64,000 nucleotides of DNA from the NCBI GenBank assembly GCA_050949405.1, contig JBMNFQ010000001.1, positions 985,160 through 1,049,159 on the forward strand, given 5' to 3'. The notes below the pieces were generated by a model, which saw nothing but the letters and a program-made list of their open reading frames with translations, was not told the DNA's origin and did not search any database. Shown one piece after another: positions 58,539 to 64,000 of this stretch (positions are counted from its first letter, which is position 1; every line of letters starts with the position of its first letter). A program made the position numbers and the translations under genes. This DNA comes from Limisphaerales bacterium. Lineage in GTDB: Bacteria > Verrucomicrobiota > Verrucomicrobiia > Limisphaerales > UBA1412.

Positions 58539-61445
58539 ATGTTAAAATCAAAGATCGCCCTTAAAATTGGTTTGGTTGTTGCCTTGGGTGTTTCCGCAGG
58601 ATACATCTCTTACTCCATTGCTCAGAACAATACTTCACTGCGGTTATCGGAGTTTAATTGGAAAACCATTTTGGATAATGTTGTAGATGCAACACCCCCT
58701 CTTCTTGCTGAAGAAATGCCTAATTTTGGGACTTTTTATTCGGCTCAATTTGGTGAATATATGCCTCCGCTTCCTGCCAACATTTTTGGGCTTCCTTTTT
58801 GGCCACTAGGTGATGGGTTTTACATAGTGGACGATCGTCAAGTAGATTATGATCTCTTAAATGCTGAGCCTGTATTAAATACATCTTCCTCTGACGGAAA
58901 TCGTTCTTCTGTTTCATCTGTTAGAAATACTCTTTCTAACGATGATGCTTATGGACAGATCCCGTATATGACCAATGTTTCGATTTTTCTTCCGACAACT
59001 AATTCTATCGCTTTCCAATTTGATATTGCCGGTGGAGTAAAAAATGTTCCTTATGATATTTTTAGAGGCGTGGAACTGGAAAATGCTGGAACAAACGTTG
59101 AAGCAGATATTTCTGATTGGACTTGGGTTGGTATTGGTTATGCTATGTCTCATTATATTTTTACAAATACTCTTTCAGATCAAGCATATTATGCACTAGC
59201 TAAACCAACTCAGACACACGTTTTCGGTTGGGGCAATAACGAAGTAGGTCAATGCGATGTTCCCCTTGATATCGCTAATGCAGTTATGGTTTGCGGAGGA
59301 GGTGGTCAAAGTCTGATCCTGCTTAATGATGGTACCGTGCGAGCTTGGGGACAAAATGCCAGCGGCCAGGGAAGTGTTCCCTCGGGTCTCTCTGAAGTAG
59401 CGCAAATTACCTCGGGCTGGTACCACAACGTGGCTCTTCGCGCAGATGGATCGATAGTTTCCTGGGGAAATAATACCTATGGACAGTGTAACGTCCCTTC
59501 CGGGTTGAATAGTGTCAAACTGATCTCTGCCAATGCGAACTACTCAGTGGCCCTCAAAACTGACACAACTGTGGCTGTCTGGGGCTTTACACCCAATAAT
59601 GAAAACGACATTCCTAGCGGTCTTACAGGCGTGGCTGCAATCTCTGCGGGGCCTTCTCACGTTCTGGCAGTACGTACCAATGGAACCGTCTCCGCGTGGG
59701 GCAGCAAAAGTGGTGGCAAATGCAATGTTCCTGCAGATTTGACCGATGTCGTTGACGTAGCCGCAGGGGTTCAGCACAGTCTGGCTCTTCGTGCAAATGG
59801 AACAGTGGTTGCCTGGGGCAAAAATGCCGATGGTGAATGTGATGTTCCGGCAGGCCTCACAAATGTAGTTGCCATCGCAACGGGCGGGAACCCTCTTAAT
59901 ACGACAAATTACCAGCCTTGGTCCATCGCTTTGCTCAGGGATGGAACGATAGCCAAATGGGGAAGCGGAGCTGTCGCAGAAAACTCGGACTCTTTTGATA
60001 ACATCATTGCTATTGCTGGTATTGGTCCTCATGCCTTGGCTCTGAGAACTGGTCCTAACACCCCGGTTGCCACAGTCACACCCGCTTTGCAATACAAACT
60101 CCAGGGTTCTAGTGCAACCATCTCATGCTCAGCAAATGGATTTGGAAGCAGCCTGACCTATCAATGGAAACACAATGGAACCAACATTGTCGGTGCCACC
60201 AATGCCACGCTCACTCTTTCAAATCTCCAGCCATCTCAATCGCATACTTACAGTGCCCTAGTGACAAGCAGTGTTGGAAGTTCTCTTACCTCCGACAGTA
60301 AGCTTTATATAATCACCCCTCCGGTAATTACTTCTCGCACTCCATCTACCAATCCTGTAATTTCGTTGGGGCAGTTGCTCTCTCTCAGCGTTACTGCTGA
60401 AGCCCCTTCTACAAATCTCTTCCCTATCAATTATTACTGGCTAAGAGAAAATTGGCTTTATCCTTTAGCATCAAATGGACGTTCCAGTTGTATTGTAACG
60501 GGTTATTTTTCAAATCCAAAAGTATACTCTGTGATTGTCTCTAATGCAGCAGGAACTACATCAGCAAATTGGTCTATCACCACGACGTCCGAAGGGACAT
60601 ATGCCGATGAAGGAACCTTGGCACACTATCTAGCGACCAATACGTTGTCCCATGCCTCAGGTAAAAGCTTAGCTAGTAACGGGCTTTTGTTAAATAACTG
60701 GCCATCTGGAACCGTAACAAATCATCCAACAAATCTTGGATATCTTTCAAATCTGACTTGGTCCACAAATTGCTGGCTTTCTGGCGTGCAAGGTCTTAGT
60801 GCAACTTCTATTGCAGCGGAGACAAGACACTCAGGACAAGCATTGGTGACCATGATATCACCCATTCACTTCATCAGAGCGTGGCATACCAGCAAATCCG
60901 CACATCCAGGTTCCAGTAACATCGTCTTTTTGAGTTCGAACAATCAACTTTATTGGAGAACCATATGTGAACAAACTCAAATTGAGAACACTGATATTAC
61001 TGTCGGAATTTTGAATTCAGAACTTCCAACTTCTGTTGGGTACTTACCTATATTGCCGGATAATTACTTCAATTACCTACCAACTAACAGCACACATATT
61101 ATTCAACAAATTGGGATGAACCAATATATGCGTGTGTTCAGCCAACCTTCATGGTTTGATTCTCAAATGTCTATTTACTGGGATCATACTTTGGAAGTGC
61201 CTTTCGGTCTCAGTTCAGAATGGAATATTAAGTTAACTACTGGAGACTCGTCCGCTCCAGAAAGGCTTTTAATAAATAATCAGCTTGTTTTATCAAGTTT
61301 CCACACTGGTGTACCAGCTGGACCAAATATTATTTATTTCAAAAACCAAATAAACGAAATAATGACTTCTCTTTCAGAGAGTTATAGCAAAAATAATTAC
61401 CAGGTTGAACAAATGCAATTAATTGGATTTAATCAATTATATTAA
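58539..61445 (+). CDS. Large secreted protein: RCC1/BLIP-II propeller, Ig domains, C-terminal trypsin-like serine protease
   Basis: N-terminal hydrophobic signal; about 7 GTVxAWGxNxxGQCxVP repeats; YQWKHNG Ig domain; ISPIHFIRAWH / TDITVG / TGDSSAP triad-like motifs. Confidence 0.8.
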   Translation: MLKSKIALKIGLVVALGVSAGYISYSIAQNNTSLRLSEFNWKTILDNVVDATPPLLAEEMPNFGTFYSAQFGEYMPPLPANIFGLPFWPLGDGFYIVDDRQVDYDLLNAEPVLNTSSSDGNRSSVSSVRNTLSNDDAYGQIPYMTNVSIFLPTTNSIAFQFDIAGGVKNVPYDIFRGVELENAGTNVEADISDWTWVGIGYAMSHYIFTNTLSDQAYYALAKPTQTHVFGWGNNEVGQCDVPLDIANAVMVCGGGGQSLILLNDGTVRAWGQNASGQGSVPSGLSEVAQITSGWYHNVALRADGSIVSWGNNTYGQCNVPSGLNSVKLISANANYSVALKTDTTVAVWGFTPNNENDIPSGLTGVAAISAGPSHVLAVRTNGTVSAWGSKSGGKCNVPADLTDVVDVAAGVQHSLALRANGTVVAWGKNADGECDVPAGLTNVVAIATGGNPLNTTNYQPWSIALLRDGTIAKWGSGAVAENSDSFDNIIAIAGIGPHALALRTGPNTPVATVTPALQYKLQGSSATISCSANGFGSSLTYQWKHNGTNIVGATNATLTLSNLQPSQSHTYSALVTSSVGSSLTSDSKLYIITPPVITSRTPSTNPVISLGQLLSLSVTAEAPSTNLFPINYYWLRENWLYPLASNGRSSCIVTGYFSNPKVYSVIVSNAAGTTSANWSITTTSEGTYADEGTLAHYLATNTLSHASGKSLASNGLLLNNWPSGTVTNHPTNLGYLSNLTWSTNCWLSGVQGLSATSIAAETRHSGQALVTMISPIHFIRAWHTSKSAHPGSSNIVFLSSNNQLYWRTICEQTQIENTDITVGILNSELPTSVGYLPILPDNYFNYLPTNSTHIIQQIGMNQYMRVFSQPSWFDSQMSIYWDHTLEVPFGLSSEWNIKLTTGDSSAPERLLINNQLVLSSFHTGVPAGPNIIYFKNQINEIMTSLSESYSKNNYQVEQMQLIGFNQLY

Positions 61446-61464
61446 CTGATATAAAATTTTTAAA

Positions 61465-62055
61465 ATGAGAAAAAATATTATAATAGCGGGGATCGCAATT
61501 CTAACATCGATCTTTGCGGTTTCCACTCACGCCCAAGGCAAAATCCTCCCTGCGGGAATATGGGATACTGGAATGGGATATATCGGAGTTTGCTTTTTGC
61601 GTCCGGAAAATCCGAATTTTGACGAAGAATTCACGGGATTCGCTTTTCTGGGCGGCACCTCATATGACATACTCCTTAATGGGGGTATTCGTACATTCTA
61701 TGCCTCTAAAGACGACGTCTTTACGCTTAATTCCATTCAATCGGGAACCTTCACTGAATTGAATCCGTATGGCGATCCAAACTCGCCACTGAAGGGTGAG
61801 TTTTACCTCGCGATTTACTCGGGCTATCCCAATTACGGCAACCCGGAAGATCCTTATTTCCAAGACCCTCTTTACGGCTGGGCTCTTCTGAATAACGATG
61901 GAAAATCAGTTTCCCTGGTAGATAGCGCATTAGGCTATGGAGCCGATGGGATCATCGTCGGTACGACGGTAATGGTTCCCGAGCCGGGGATCTTGGCACT
62001 TTGGGGGCTGGGAGCAGGGCTGCTTACGATGTACATCCGTCACAGGCGCTCTTGA
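61465..62055 (+). CDS. PEP-CTERM (exosortase-sorted) protein, paralog 1
   Basis: Signal peptide; C-terminal VPEPG + TM + basic RHRRS. Confidence 0.92.
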   Translation: MRKNIIIAGIAILTSIFAVSTHAQGKILPAGIWDTGMGYIGVCFLRPENPNFDEEFTGFAFLGGTSYDILLNGGIRTFYASKDDVFTLNSIQSGTFTELNPYGDPNSPLKGEFYLAIYSGYPNYGNPEDPYFQDPLYGWALLNNDGKSVSLVDSALGYGADGIIVGTTVMVPEPGILALWGLGAGLLTMYIRHRRS

Positions 62056-62258
62056 CGCGGAATACCCCACGAACCTTTTGGCAAAATATTTATATCCATT
62101 ATCTTAAATTGAGGTTTCGAGTCGCGTGGGAAAGGCCTGGCGATCCCGCCGCTAGGGGATGTTATACCTCTTTTAACGCCTCTATCGAATGAATTAGACT
62201 TCCCCTGATACGCCGGATAAATAAGGTTTTCCTACCCCTTTTCCAATACCGTTTTCAT

Positions 62259-62305
62259 TTCCCTTTTCGGTGCGAATATTTTTGAGGCAATGCGAATATT
62301 TTTGA
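62259..62305 (+). promoter_or_regulatory. 36-bp upstream motif, copy 2, with an extra TGCGAATATTTTTGA repeat
   Basis: Identical to 58423-58458; the 15-mer occurs at 62271 and 62291 (20-bp period). Confidence 0.55.
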
Positions 62306-62454
62306 TTCGCGCTTTTCCTCTTGTTTCCGAAGTTGTTATTCGTTACCATACGCATATATAGATTGATCGTGTGCCCAACCGAAAGTCTCCACCGGCGACC
62401 TTGCTGCGCGGAGCCTATCGTTGGGCAGGTATTAACAAACAAAAAAAGATAAAA

Positions 62455-63051
62455 ATGAAAAAGATAATTCTGCTGGCGGTGACCTTGGGGGCATGTTTTG
62501 GCGCGTATGCCCAAGGCAGCATTCACTACATTATTCCGAACGGAATACGGGCATATACACAAAAGCCGACCTCAATAGCTGTTAAAACGCTGGATCCGTG
62601 GGGTGAAATGCTCACCGGTTTTCTGTTTTATACCGGGCCTGACCCAAACGTGTTCCGTTTAGACCATTTCATGGACGGCATCGGCCTCCGAACATTTTTA
62701 GTTCGGGAAAAAGATGTTCTCGATTTGAATGCCATTCAAACGGAAAAGTTTAATGAACTGTATTACGGTCATGACTATACGTTCAAAGAAGGGGAATCAT
62801 TTTACATGGGAGTCTATACGGGAAGCGCCCCTCGGACATCTGAAGGCCTTTACGAAACACCGCTTTATGGGTGGGCTCTGTTGTCGAATGACACGGGGGA
62901 AATAACCTTAAAAGATAGCGCACTTGGCTATGCTGGCTACGAAGGGGGCATTATTGTCGGAACCTCGACCCTGGTTCCCGAGCCGGGAACGTGGGCTCTG
63001 TGGGCTCTGGGTGTGGCTTTGATCTCTTGCGCCCGCCACCGCAAGAGCTAA
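62455..63051 (+). CDS. PEP-CTERM protein, paralog 2
   Basis: MKKIILLAV signal (ATG 62455); PLYGWALL...DSALGY...GIIVGT shared with paralog 1; VPEPG + TM + RHRKS. Confidence 0.92.
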   Translation: MKKIILLAVTLGACFGAYAQGSIHYIIPNGIRAYTQKPTSIAVKTLDPWGEMLTGFLFYTGPDPNVFRLDHFMDGIGLRTFLVREKDVLDLNAIQTEKFNELYYGHDYTFKEGESFYMGVYTGSAPRTSEGLYETPLYGWALLSNDTGEITLKDSALGYAGYEGGIIVGTSTLVPEPGTWALWALGVALISCARHRKS

Positions 63052-63097
63052 TGAATTGATGGAACCAGGAAAGAATAGAGAACATAACCGAAAGAGT

Positions 63098-63272
63098 AAC
63101 CACGGATGGACACGGATGAACACCGATGTTTTGTGTCGGGTAATCTTTAACGGAATGTGCACAAAGAGACCTGCCATGCCCAGGTCAATGCGGTAAAAGC
63201 ACTCAGAGAATGATCCGCAGCGCTCCTGAGGGCACCTCACAATTCCGTGTTCATCCGTGTCTATCCGTGGTT
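63098..63272. repeat. Dispersed inverted-repeat element, copy D
   Basis: Same termini and core as B, same orientation; 175 bp. Confidence 0.9.
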
Positions 63273-63422
63273 CCTGTTCTTCTTCCGTTTGCGTGCATCC
63301 ATGGTTTCTTGCCGTACAAAAGAGGGGGGCTGTTTTTGCTTGAGGTTTGGGGGGAGGGGTGGCAGGCTTGGGGGCCCGGAGTCCGGCTTTAAATAAAAGA
63401 AGTCTGACAGAGAGAACTCGAT

Positions 63423-64000
63423 TTGAGACTTCAGGGAACCAATTTGATCGTCGTAAACGTCCTGGCCACCTATGTGCGGATTTTGCTGGTGACGGGGCTG
63501 ACTCTTTATACCAGCCGTTGGGTTCTGGCGGCGCTGGGGGAGGAGGATTTCGGGCTCTACTTTCTGGTCGGTGTTCTCATCACCTTTATTCTTTTCATAG
63601 GCAACGTGATGGCGGCGAGTATGCAGCGCTTTTACGCCTATGCCATGGGGCGGGATGACCCGAGAGAAATTCAAAAGTGGTTTAACTGCGCCTTTGTCAT
63701 CCACAGTCTCTTCGCCCTGTTGCTGATCGTGGCCGGGGTGCCTTTTGGCAAACTTCTTCTCACCTCGCTCCTGAAAATCCCGCCCGAGCGCCTTCTGACC
63801 TGTTACTGGGTCTACGGGCTCTCCATTGCGGGGGCGGTCTGGACCATGCTGGCGGTTCCCTACATCGGGATGTTCCATGCACGGCAGCGGATATTCGAGC
63901 TTTCGTTCTGGAATTCGGTTCAGGCGCTTTTGATTTTTACGTTGGCCGGCTCGCTTTTTCGCTTAAGTGGGGATTTGCTCCTCTTCTACGCCTTCGGGAT
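63423..64000 (+). CDS. Wzx/MATE-like polysaccharide flippase, 5' part
   Basis: Read by hand from TTG 63423: NVLATYVRILLVTGLTLYTSRWVLAALGEEDFGLY...MQRFYAYAMG...FNCAFVIH; runs off the window. Confidence 0.8.
   Translation, partial: MRLQGTNLIVVNVLATYVRILLVTGLTLYTSRWVLAALGEEDFGLYFLVGVLITFILFIGNVMAASMQRFYAYAMGRDDPREIQKWFNCAFVIHSLFALLLIVAGVPFGKLLLTSLLKIPPERLLTCYWVYGLSIAGAVWTMLAVPYIGMFHARQRIFELSFWNSVQALLIFTLAGSLFRLSGDLLLFYAFG

Noticed and set aside
45300-63100. Diversity-generating retroelement or retron behind the variable secreted proteins
   Set aside because: No reverse transcriptase, and no template/variable repeat pair differing at adenines was seen.
35210-63272. ACACGGAT repeats as a CRISPR array or integron attC sites
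   Set aside because: No regular repeat-spacer periodicity and no cas genes; the ends do not fit RYYYAAC/GTTRRRY, the elements are longer than typical attC, and there is no IntI-type integrase.
35132-63392. Short similar ORFs inside the repeat copies (35132-35326, 37816-38073, 63210-63392)
   Set aside because: The peptide similarity follows from the DNA repeat; starts, lengths and frames differ between copies, so coding is unsupported.

Overview
Bacterial chromosomal window, probably Verrucomicrobiota subdivision 3 (Pedosphaera/Limisphaera-like). That assignment is inferred from the porin N-terminus, the PEP-CTERM proteins and the Ala(-1) pseudopilins, not from a database search. A GC-rich housekeeping backbone (lplA, paaK, ugd, mutT, two hybrid histidine kinases, apgM, hrpB, acnA, T2SS genes, ftsH) is interrupted by four visibly AT-rich accessory blocks. 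(1) 1-7100: the right end of an integrative element (frameshifted tyrosine recombinase next to a duplicated tRNA-Thr(UGU) 3' half), then a translationally coupled operon encoding an ABC-type ATPase, a PIN-like nuclease (split at an A7 run) and an Rnl2-type RNA ligase. This operon is the best candidate for an undescribed RNA break/repair conflict system. (2) 35.4-37.7 kb: two paralogous unknown genes bracketed by inverted copies of a ~175-bp repeat. (3) 45.3-49.6 kb: a secreted multidomain protein with a caspase/gingipain-like C-terminus, plus a partner gene. (4) 58.4-63.1 kb: a secreted RCC1-Ig-trypsin-like protein that shares its N-terminal module with the block 3 protein, plus two PEP-CTERM paralogs. 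A dispersed ACACGGAT-based inverted-repeat element (4 copies) and a REPIN-like palindrome border blocks 2-4. All calls come from reading motifs by eye; no searches were run.
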